A stretch of DNA of 64,000 nt, from NCBI GenBank assembly GCA_951406725.2, contig OX597816.1:133486001-133550000 (forward strand). The letters run 5' to 3'. Below the pieces are notes generated by a model that saw only the letters and a list, made by a program, of their open reading frames with translations, was not told where the DNA came from and did not search any database. This document shows, one piece after another, positions 53,941 through 64,000 of the stretch. A program made the translations under genes and the position numbers. The first letter of the stretch is position 1. The number at the start of each line of letters is the position of its first letter. This DNA is from Octopus vulgaris (lineage: Eukaryota).

Positions 53941-54259
53941 TTTTTAAATAGATATCTATAAAAAGTTATATAAAAATATGTTTTAAAAATAGGTTTTGAG
54001 TTTTATGATTGCTTTCATAAAACTTCAAATACTTTTCACCTGACTTGTAGATATCTTTGAAGTTATATACAAAACCACAAGAAACCCAGTAACTTTTGAC
54101 CTGTGATAATAAACCTGCCTTTATCTAATCCCTAGTAAAGTTAAAAATCCCCAGACAGCAAACTTATAAACTCCTTGAGAAATGGTAGAATTTAGTGCTG
54201 ACACAGAGCCAAATCTTAGAATCTGAATTACAATTTCAAAATGGATATATATATATATT

Positions 54260-54655
54260 TAAACGAGCAAAACGTCCCCACCCCGTCCAATGGATGGTGC
54301 TGAGTTGTCAAACATTTAAACCAAATTTTCTCAAAACAACTTGTCCGACCATCCCATAGGCCTCCCCTTTGAGAAACACTGATTTAACCTAAATTTGAGA
54401 CACTGTGCATTTTTCTCACTTATGCGTAGTATTGATCGCAACATCTGATGTACTTGCATGTACAATTGCATGCTCCCATGGCTTTATCAATTGCATTCTC
54501 ACCTGGAATCGATTTTTGTAATTTTTTCAAGACTTATACATGCCCTGATACCGTTGGTATCTACATATCAAATTTGAGCGCTATCAGATGGAGGATGCCC
54601 GAGATCCTAGAAGACACACACACAGACAGACAGAATGGATTTTATATAATAGATA
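54260..54655 (+). mobile_element. Non-autonomous Helentron/HINE-like element
   Basis: 3' end ...CAAATTTGAGCGCTATC...ACAGACAGACAGA...TTTTATATAATAGAT resembles DINE-1/HINE-type termini. Confidence 0.55.
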
Positions 54656-54829
54656 TTCAGTATTCTAAGCCTGAAAGGGAAGAGCTTCTGTTAGACACCT
54701 GCAAAACTTTAATTCGCATGGAGCCAAATCAAACCATTTACAATAATAATCATAATAATAATAATAATCATAATAGTAATAATAATAATAATAATAATAG
54801 TAATAATAATATATATGTGTATATATATA

Positions 54830-55000
54830 GTTAATCCAAGCAAGAAAGCACAAATAAAAACAACACAACAACCCTAGGACGTGGAACAAATATAGTATTA
54901 TTGGATGCTCAGGAAAGAAGGAGGGTTTAACGTTTTGAGCGGAGCTCTTCGTCTGAAACATAGGAGAAGGAAAGATCCAGAGAAGGGAAGACAGAGGAAA
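54830..55000 (-). mobile_element. Penelope-like 3' end fragment with degenerate minimal hammerhead (about 54925-54959)
   Basis: Minus strand GTTT-CAGACGA-A-GAGC tcc GCTC-AAAAC-GTT-AAAC. Confidence 0.5.
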
Positions 55001-55208
55001 ATATATATATATATATATATAAAAATATTGTTGACACCATAAGAATTTTATAAATGTACAAGAAAACTTGCACTAATTCTTTTTTTGGAATATTCCAAAG
55101 CACATACATAAAGCTATGAATGTAGATATGCATGTAAATATTGGGTTGTAAAATCCTTTTAGATAGGAAAAGTTAAAGGCTGCCTGTGTGACTCAAACAC
55201 ATATCTAT

Positions 55209-55424
55209 TGTAGATAGGACAGGTATTCAACCATTGCACGAAAGCAATCCTTTGAATTTCTTTATCCATTTTAGTTAATTTCAATTCTTACCTGAGAGAA
55301 TGATATGTTGTACCCACATCTGTACACATACAGTTCTTACTGATAAGACTAAATTTAACAAAAATGAATAGAGATATTCAAAGGAATACTTTGGTACAAT
55401 GGTTGAACACCTATTATATCTACA
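55209..55424. repeat. Diverged inverted repeat, about 100-bp arms, overlapping a tRNA-like segment
   Basis: TGTAGATA...TTCAACCATTG...CCTTTGAAT pairs with ATTCAAAGG...CAATGGTTGAA...TATCTACA. Confidence 0.75.
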
Positions 55425-55434
55425 GGAGACCTAG

Positions 55435-55764
55435 AAGTATACAGTATTACATATCCATTACAGCCAATCTTACCAATCAGTTTTGTGCTAGAGACTCAAT
55501 GGAGTGTTAGATAACAGTCCAATTATGTAACCCTGCATTCATCAGAGGTAACCGTTATAGAATGAAATATGGCTACCTCTGATGAGCACAGGGTTATATA
55601 ATCGGACTATTACCTTACACTCCATTGAATACCTAGCATGAAACCAATTGGTAAGATTGGCCATAATGGATATATGATACTGTACACTTCAATAAGTATA
55701 CCCACTTATTGACAGATATATGAGTGCATTTTTTCCTGACTTATGGACTCTTAGATGACTTACA
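55435..55764. mobile_element. Second inverted pair of the same hammerhead family (left arm truncated, right arm complete)
   Basis: 55435-55552 pairs with about 55571-55689; homologous to 53449-53940. Confidence 0.85.
55568..55665 (+). ncRNA. Type I hammerhead ribozyme motif, intact core
   Basis: TATGGCTACCT-CTGATGA-GCACAGG...CCTAGCAT-GAAA-CCAATTG-GTA-AGATTGGCCATA: TATGGC/GCCATA stem I, palindromic ACCAATTGGT stem III, GUA site; stem II has mismatches in this copy. Confidence 0.75.
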
Positions 55765-55775
55765 TGCGTGTATAT

Positions 55776-55828
<53 letters not shown>

Positions 55829-56845
55829 TATATATATGTATATATATATATTTATTTATTCATTGCTTAACATCCGCCTTCCATGCTGGCATGGGTGGGA
55901 AGGTGTGACAGGAGCCTGCACCAGACTTCTGCAACTGTTTTGGCAGGATTTGTACAGCTTGATGCTCTTCCTAACACCAACCACTCATATATATATATAT
56001 ACACACACAAACACACACATGCACACATAAATGCACATATGAACAAAGTTTTCATGCATAGGATTGCTCTGCTACCACATTTATCTTTTGTTGCTTCAAA
56101 TTATTTCACATCCTTTTACTTCCTAACACTAACTATCACTTTTACTAAGAGGAGGGTTAGCATTTAGAATGCATTTAGCATACATAGGCTGATCTGTTGT
56201 GTCACATTGCTCTAAGTTCAAATTCTATCATTATCACTGTACACCTTTAATCTCAGAAGGTTTTTTTTAATCAAATAAACAAATAAAAACAAGTCTGAAT
56301 AACTGAATGGGATTTACATTTGCAAAAATCAATAACCAATTTGAAAATATGATTAAGTTGTTATACCATTGGTATAGCAAGTTAATCTCAATGTTTCAAA
56401 AGGCCCCTTCTTCAGAGAAAAAAAGATTGTCTCAGTTATAACCACAGGTTTTTATGTCCCTGTTTTCCTGCTTATTTTTAGAATATGGCTATGCAAAATG
56501 TGTTAGAAGTCATGTCTTCCTGTAGAATACAAATTTATTCAAATTTACTAGTTCACAAAATAAGTTCCATTAAAATATAAATAAATTCTGTGATTTATAT
56601 GACTCTGTCTCGTTCTCTCTCACTCCCACTCTCTCTTCTCTTTCACCCCCTCTCTCTCCCTTTATCTCTCTCTCTCTATCTCTGAAAAAAAAGGCTTGTC
56701 ACAAAATTAGAAATATCTCAACGGCAGCAAGCTAGTAGAATTGTTAGCACACTAGGCAAAGTGCTTTGTGACATTTCATGTCTTTATGTTCTGAGTTCAA
56801 ATTCCGCCAAGGTTGACTTTACCTTTCATCCTTTTGGAGTTGATA

Positions 56846-58017
56846 TGAAGTGGTATCAAAAAGTTCCTGGACTAGTTCTGCAGTGCACCGACAGATGGCA
56901 GCACATGGTTATGTGCACAGTGAGAGCTAGCAGTGACCTTCATGAGGCAGTGTGCTGAGTGACATCACTGTGTTTACTTTGCAAGTTGTGAAATTTGTGT
57001 TTTTGTGATAATGTGTATGCTTTAGTCTGTGATTTTTGTCATGGACAGGAAGTTGGAACAAAGAGCCAATGTGAAATTTTGCATTAAACTTGGAAAGTCA
57101 TCACCATTGACAAAAGTTGGGTCTATGGGTATGATCCTGAGATGAAGCAGCAATTGGCATAATGGAAGAGCCCTTTATCTTCAAGACCGAAGGAGGCATA
57201 GCAAAACCGCAGATCAATCAAGAGAATGCTCATCTGGTTTTTTACATCCACAGTATTGTGTATCAAGAATTCATTCCCCTGAGCCGGACTGTCAATCGAG
57301 AGTTCTACAGTGACATTTTGAAGCTTTTGAGGGAGGACATTTGGCAAAAGTGACCGGATCTGTGGAACACAGAGAATTGGATTCTTCATGACAACAATGT
57401 ACCCTCTCACCAAGCTCTCCTCACTAGTGAGTTTCTGTGGTGTATGCGGGAGATTTGAAGTAAAGACACCTACCTTCTCTTCGTCGATGCAGACCTCTCC
57501 AGCGGTAATGCACACTTCAACGTAACCCAACCCGAACGCTAAAAATAGCAGCTGCTTTTCCCTTATCTTGTCAAAGCGCTCACACATCCAGCACTGTCGG
57601 CTACCCCAATCGAAAAAGCCCCATCGTCCCCTGCCTGTGTGCGCGTCACTCCTGCACCCTTCCTCTTCCAGTCAGCTCCCCAGCTGCTGATGTCATCCCA
57701 CAGTTTTTTACCAGAAACAACATGGTATCACTTCTACACTCGCCCCATTCACCAGATTTAGCACTTGCAGACTTCCATCTCTTCCTCAAGATGAAAATGC
57801 AGCTCAAAAATTGCCATTTTGACATCATTGTCAAGATCAAGAGTGAATTGCAGAAGGTCCTCAACTCACTTTCAGCAAACAACTTCCAGGCTGGATTCCA
57901 GAACTGTGTATTGTTGCACAAGGTGACTCTTTCAAAGGAGATGATGTTAAAACTTAGGTAAATAAGTTATTTTTATATTAAATCTAACTAGTCCGGGAAC
58001 GTTTTGATACCACAGTG
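56846..58017 (+). mobile_element. Internally deleted mariner inserted in a family B SINE
   Basis: TIR core GTGGTATCAAAA(A/C)GTTCC(T/C)GGACTAGTT at both ends, TA TSD; WVYGYDPE, LHDNNVPSH, HSPHSPDLALADFHLF; the SINE resumes at the TA. Confidence 0.93.
57436..57702. mobile_element. Solo LTR (267 bp) inserted in the mariner
   Basis: GC-rich block bounded by TGTGG...CCACA and flanked by GTTTC/GTTTT; the transposase sequence resumes across it. Confidence 0.8.
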
Positions 58018-58591
58018 TAAAATAAGTACCAGTTGAGCATTGAAGCCAGTGCAGCTGACTTACCCCTTTCTCTGAAATTGCTGGCCTTGTGCTAAAATTT
58101 GAAACTAAAATTCGAAACACCTTAATTCATTCATTTGCTGGTTTATAAAAACCATAATTAAATTCCCAAGTTGTATACATTTAGCGAATGATTTGATCTA
58201 AGATCATGTGTATTTGAACTAAAATAATAGGTTCTTGATAGAACATTTATAACCATTAAAAAAATCACATGCACTGTAATATTCACTATTGCTTTATTAT
58301 TTTGTAATTCATAATAATAATACCACCAACTAGAAATTTTAAGAACCTTATAATAACCTTTTACTTTTTTTTATATACCATTTACTTGTTTCAGTCATTA
58401 GACTGTAGCAATGCTGGGGCACTACCTTGAAGCATTTTAGTTTAATGAATCGACTTCAGTACTTATTTTTTTAAAGACTGGTACTTATTCAATCAGATTC
58501 TTTTTGCCAAACTGCTAAATTATGGTAACACAAACACACCAACACCAGTTGTCAAGTGGTGGTGGTGGGAGACAAACACAGACAGACAGAT

Positions 58592-58647
<56 letters not shown>

Positions 58648-58663
58648 TTACATACATATATAT

Positions 58664-59283
58664 ATAAATTAAGAAATGGAGTCAAATGCAGGTGTTATTC
58701 AAATCATTTATACTTCCAACATATGTTTCGAAGAAAGCATTGAAATTATTCCGGAGAGAATAAAAATGATATAAAACAATGCAATCATCTTGTCATGGGA
58801 AAATAGAGAAACAAAACACATCAATAAGCCATTTTAACCGAATGTGATTACCGCATATATGATGAAGGCGAATGCTAGCAAGTTATTTTTTTAAAAACTG
58901 CTAATAGATTTAAAATCATAGGTAATTTAGAGAAAGAGGAGGAGAAAGAAAGAAATTTACAGAGTGGAAAAATATTGTGTGATAGATGAATGGTAATAAG
59001 GCTTTTAAACTTTCTCTAAATTACCTTTGACGTTAAATCTATTAATGGTTTTTAAAAAAAATAACTTGCTAGTATCCCCCTTCATCATATGTACAGTAAT
59101 CACATTCAGTTAAAATGACTTATTGATGTATTTTGTTTCTCTTTTTTTCCATGACTGGATGATTGCATTGTTTTACATCATTTTTATTCCCTACGGAATA
59201 ATTTCAATGCTTTCTTTGAAACATATGTTGGAAGAATAAATAATTTGAATAACACCTGCATTTGACTACATTTCTTAATTTAT
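58664..59283. repeat. Long inverted repeat, about 270-bp arms with about 75-bp spacer (pLTR-like)
   Basis: 58664-58935 pairs with about 59010-59283; right arm has GAAACATATGTT then AATAAA. Confidence 0.92.
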
Positions 59284-59461
59284 CCATGGTATACAAAAAC
59301 ATTTCACTTAACCCTGGAATTTCTACCTTTATAAGTAGGCTGTAATATCCTTGGCACTGATGTGAATTTTTGCTACTCTGGTAACTATTTATTTTTTTTT
59401 TCCGTGTTATTTGTACACATTGAAAAAATACACATACATTTATATATATATGTATATATAT

Positions 59462-59945
59462 ATCATCATCATCATCATCATCATCATCATTGTTTAACGT
59501 CCGCTTTCCATGCTATCATGGGTTGGACGGTTTGACTGAGGGCTGGCAAACCAGATGGCTGCACCAGGCTCCAGTCTTGATTTGGCAGAGTTTCTACAGC
59601 TGGATGCCCTTCTTAATGCCAACCACTCCGAGAGTGTAGTGGGTGCTTTTACATGCCACTGGCACAGGAGCCAGTAAGGCGATGCTGGTAATGATCCCAC
59701 TCGAATGGTGCCTTTTACATGCCACCGGCACGGAAGCCAGTTAGCCGCTCTGGCAACGATTACACTCAGATGGTGCTCTTAGCACCCTACTAGCATGGGG
59801 CACAAGTGCCGGTAAGGCGACACTGGTAACGATCACACTCAAATGGTGCCTTTTATGTGCCACTGGCATGGAAGCTGGTTAGCCGCTCTGTCAATGATCA
59901 CGCTTGTATGGTGCTCTTTCCACCCTGCTAGTGTGGGTGCCCATC
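59462..59945 (-). mobile_element. RTE-tail-related element with 65/73-bp tandem repeats
   Basis: (CAT)n tail; GGTGC-initiated repeats at 59642, 59707, 59772, 59845 and 59910. Confidence 0.75.
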
Positions 59946-60966
59946 ATCGAATTTCACTTTGATTTTGATTTTGATTTTAATTTCACTTAAGGCAGGCTTC
60001 TTTCAGTTTCTGTTTACCAAATCCACTCACAAGGCTTTGGTTGGCCTGAGGCTATAGTAGAAGATACTTGCCCAAGGTGTCATGCAGTGGGACTGAACCC
60101 AAAACCATGTGGTTGGGAAGCAAACTTCTTCCTACATAGCCATGCCTGTACCTAATAAGTTGACAAAAAAAAAATATGAAGTACCTTATTTGATTGAATA
60201 TAAAACACATTTTTTTCGAAAAAGATATTAAAAAAATCACCCCAAGTCCTATATGCAAAGTTAGACCTACATCACATGCTTTAATGCACTAAAAACTTTT
60301 TCATGAATATGCACTCTTGAAATTGCAATGCATCTAATATGTCTGTGTGTCTTTTATGTGAATTCTATACATCTTTTATCTTATAAATCCTTAATATCAA
60401 ATTCAAATCTCTAATCCCACCAAATATTATGTAGAAATGATTATCTCCTTTGTAATAACTTTGTCCACTAGGGGAAGACATATGTTTGAATAATACATAT
60501 ATTATTAAGTGGCAAATTATTTGCTCACAGATCAATAACCTAGCCAATGACATTCTACTTCACTGAAACATTGAGATGACTTTACTTTCCTTTTTCTTTC
60601 TTTGTTTTTGTGTCTTTTTTCTCTTTCTCTTTCACTCTTTCTTTTTCCTTCTATTCCTCATTTTCCTTTATTTCTTTTCTTTCCTACCTTTATCCTTTTT
60701 AGTAGATGCCTTGTTAGGGTGAAGTGTATACTATATTTTCTTTCATCTTTAACATTAAATTTTTGTTCTATCAAACTTCGAATCATATGTTTTCTCAGTC
60801 TATTACTTTAATCTTATAGTAATGTCTATGAAGGTAGCTGTGGTTTATGGCATTAGGGAGTAGCTGAGGAAGTGGTAGTGGTAAGACAACTTGAATTGCT
60901 ACAGCTTCAACAACAATGTGAAAATAATATGCTTTAAGTTACGGAGACGCAAAGTAGTAAATTAAC

Positions 60967-61013
<47 letters not shown>

Positions 61014-62199
61014 TGTGCGTGCATGTGTGCATGCATGTGTGTGTACATATCTATAAGCATATATGACTAAATGTGTCCAAGGGATGTTTCTGCAGCGTAA
61101 CCATCTTGAAATTGCATTTTCATCCAGTTACTTTCAACTGGTTGTTTGACTATGCAACTTTATTCAAAGTCCATCCACTGACGTGGTCTGAAGTGAACTA
61201 AGTGTATATCGATTTTAGCTAGCATTATATTTGGTGGATTATAATAGTTTTTGAGTGCAAAAAAATGTGAGAGAAAGATTTGGAAATCTGATATGCCTAT
61301 AAAAACAGCTATGAGGTTGACCCTATCCTGATCCTAAGTTTTGAAACTGAGAATACTGGACCTTTAAATTAGGTTTTTTTTTAAAAATATACTGTGACCT
61401 AATATGAAACATGTTTTTATTAACACTAATTTAAGATCAGGAAAAATAATTACAAACCTGTTATGGTTTATCTGTATTTATCATTTTGCCAGATGACCAC
61501 ATTACTGATTATTCCACACTGAGTTTCTGACTTAGACTTATCTTTTCACTCAAATTAAGCATAAATATCTATCCACCACATCACTGCCTACTTTACTGGT
61601 GATGTCAGTCACTTAGCACTGCACATAGTCAGGTTTCTTGGTCATTCTGAGACCTTGGCAGTTGTTGAATGAACTAAGATTGTCTAGAGTTGCCATCAGG
61701 GCCAAAGTTTGGAAACATTCCTTCTCTCTTTCATCTATCTATTTACTTTTTGGTTGATTGAAACTGGAGAAGTTCTTTCTGTTTCGCTTTCAGAAAATAA
61801 ATTTCCATTAATACTAATTACTTTTACATTTTGATTGTAACGTAAATAAATTATAAATTATTTTCTTGTCACCACCTCATGTATGGTAGCCTGCACTTAA
61901 CTGTAAATTCTCCATGCTGAAGACACTCTTGGCAAAAATTTCCAGTGTCATTTTACTAATGTTTACAAAAGTGTAATGTTTGATGTTGTTTATTTTGACT
62001 ATTTTAGCTGTTAATTTAAAGTGTGTGTGTGTATGTGTGTATGTATGTCTGTATGTATGTATGTATGTATGTATGTATGTATGTATGTATGTATGTATGC
62101 ATGTATGTATGTATGCATGTATGTATGTATGTATGTATGCATGCATCATGTATGTATGTATTAACAGTTGATGTTTTAAATCCGCATTATTCAATGTTT

Positions 62200-63720
62200 C
62201 ACATATGTTAAACCATATCTGATTCTTTAGGTCCTTTACATCCAAGTGCAGGGTCTCCAGAATTTTAAAGAAAGTTGATGGATAAATTTCAATCCTGTTA
62301 GCTCAGTTCATTTGAGAGATGACTGCTAGGCAACTACTATGTGTTGTACTAGTAGCAGCTGAAAAGGGAATAGCTGTAACTCAATAGATAAAAATAGATC
62401 TTTGCTTTCATGAAATATTCCAGTTGAAATTTAAAAGAACCTCACTAAAGATACACTTAAAGTTATGAAACAGTACTATCAATTAATGGTTTCAAATTTA
62501 TATGGAGCTATATTGATGAAATGGTATGAATTTTTTGTTTTGTTTTTTTTTAAGAAATATGGCACGCTTTTTCAATATGTGCTGTTTTTCTGAGAGGTAG
62601 GGACGGTAGCTATATGTTCTGAGCAAATAAAGAGGGCTCTTGTCAGGCATGCCCCAGATTATGTTGGCTCGGTCATTACTTTGATCTGAAAGTCTTTAAA
62701 TAATATGGAATAGAAAGGTGGAATTTTCCCTATTCCCAGTCCTAAAGGACTACATATATTGAGTGAACCAACCCTTGAATTTTCTGGCTGGGAGTGCTGA
62801 GTAATTTTGGAAGATACTGTCATTTAGAGAGTGGGTCAACCTATGAAACACTGTCAAGAACAAACTGAATCTCCTCTAAGGACAAATGGATTGATATCGG
62901 CAATTGTATGTAGGTGTACAGAATAAAAACTGCATAGCTGTATACTTTTTACTGTTGCAGCATGTGATATTGAAAGTGACATTGTCTTAGTAGGAATGAC
63001 TAATCTTTATATTTATAATATACTTATAAAGTTTGTGATATGTATACTTGGAAAATGGTGTCCAGTGAGGAATAAAATGTTTCTGGCTATCTTCAGAAAG
63101 ACATCTAAGTAAAAAGGAGGATTGAGTCAGGTTTCTCCTCTTCTTAACTCTCTTTAAGAGCTTTCTACTCAATACTGCATAACCACTTGATAGTGAAAGT
63201 GTTGCAATTCTGTTGGACCTATTCATTGACCCTCCTGGTTTCAGAATTGATAGCATCAAGGACAAATTTACTTTACCTAACGCATTTTTAAGAGAGTTAA
63301 TCAGCCTACATTTTGGTTTTATTATTGGAAAGAAAATCAGATTTGTTATCCTAAAGCATGGAGTACCACATGGTCTTCTATTTTTAACAGAGTGGGTTAT
63401 TCTTTTCTTTCTGTGTTTATTTTATTAAACATTGCAATATTAGTTTTTCTATATATTTCGGAGATGAGTTTTGAAGTCACATTTAGCAGCCTGTATATTC
63501 ACTCAGTTTGATACCATAGATTTATATCTTTTAATATCAAAGTCCCTCAATCTGGAAACTTTGGAAGGTAATTCACTTGGATTTGTGGACTAGATTTTAA
63601 AATAGTCATGAATGTTAGGATGTCAATATTATATCACTACAATTCTTACTGAGCCTTCAACTAATGCAGATTTTAGTCACTAACTGTTAATAAAACTGTT
63701 CAGTCTCCTCAAAGAGTTGT
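62200..63720 (-). other. Unidentified decayed coding-like sequence, possibly an old retroelement
   Basis: Microsatellite-free, complex sequence; a FLLRCL segment loosely recalls Penelope ORF N-termini; no diagnostic motif found. Confidence 0.2.
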
Positions 63721-64000
63721 ACAATAATATGTGTATGAAGTTACACACATGCACTCACACACACATACACACATATCCTCTGCATATACATATATGCATT
63801 GTCCTTGAAGCATAATGTGTCTGTACACCATTAATGTACACAACTGGGTCCCTCCTGCCACCCACTTCATATTGACATACCCTCTTTCTTACCATTATCA
63901 CTCCCACTCATATTTACCTATTTCTTTATTACCCACAAGGGGCTAAAGATAGAGGGGACAAACAAGGACAGACATAGGTATTAAGTTGATTACACCGACC

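Larger units (their letters stand above)
58382..60150 (-). mobile_element. SINE family A split by nested insertions (3' half 58382-58590, 5' half 59995-60150)
   Basis: Collinear halves around a fold-back element and an RTE-tail element. Confidence 0.7.

Noticed and set aside
57123-57587. 154-aa minus-strand ORF
   Set aside because: Antisense read-through across the mariner and the solo LTR.

Overview
AT-rich, microsatellite-dense animal genomic DNA. The SINE families and repeat make-up look like an octopus (coleoid cephalopod) genome; this is inference from recalled repeat patterns, not a database match. Almost all ORFs in the supplied track are microsatellite artefacts or transposon fragments. 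Supported content: four mariner copies (two full length with TIRs and TA TSDs), Tigger/pogo remnants, a Tx1/L1-type ORF1 fragment, RTE and R4/Dong-type LINE fragments, many tRNA-derived SINEs, TTAA-flanked MITEs, two Helentron/HINE-like elements and a solo LTR. A candidate plus-strand host gene has small phase-compatible exons at 24198-24240, 42628-42720 and 51628-51717, possibly also 15504-15530. The most notable signal is a set of short non-coding elements, mostly next to (TA)n/(CA)n tracts, that carry type I hammerhead-ribozyme motifs and often occur as inverted (fold-back) pairs. These include a very young 358-nt-period retrozyme-like element (1888-2648) and a four-copy family with an extended stem II (53449-55764). 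They resemble Penelope-like pseudo-LTRs and non-LTR retrozymes. Folds were read by eye and ribozyme activity is untested.
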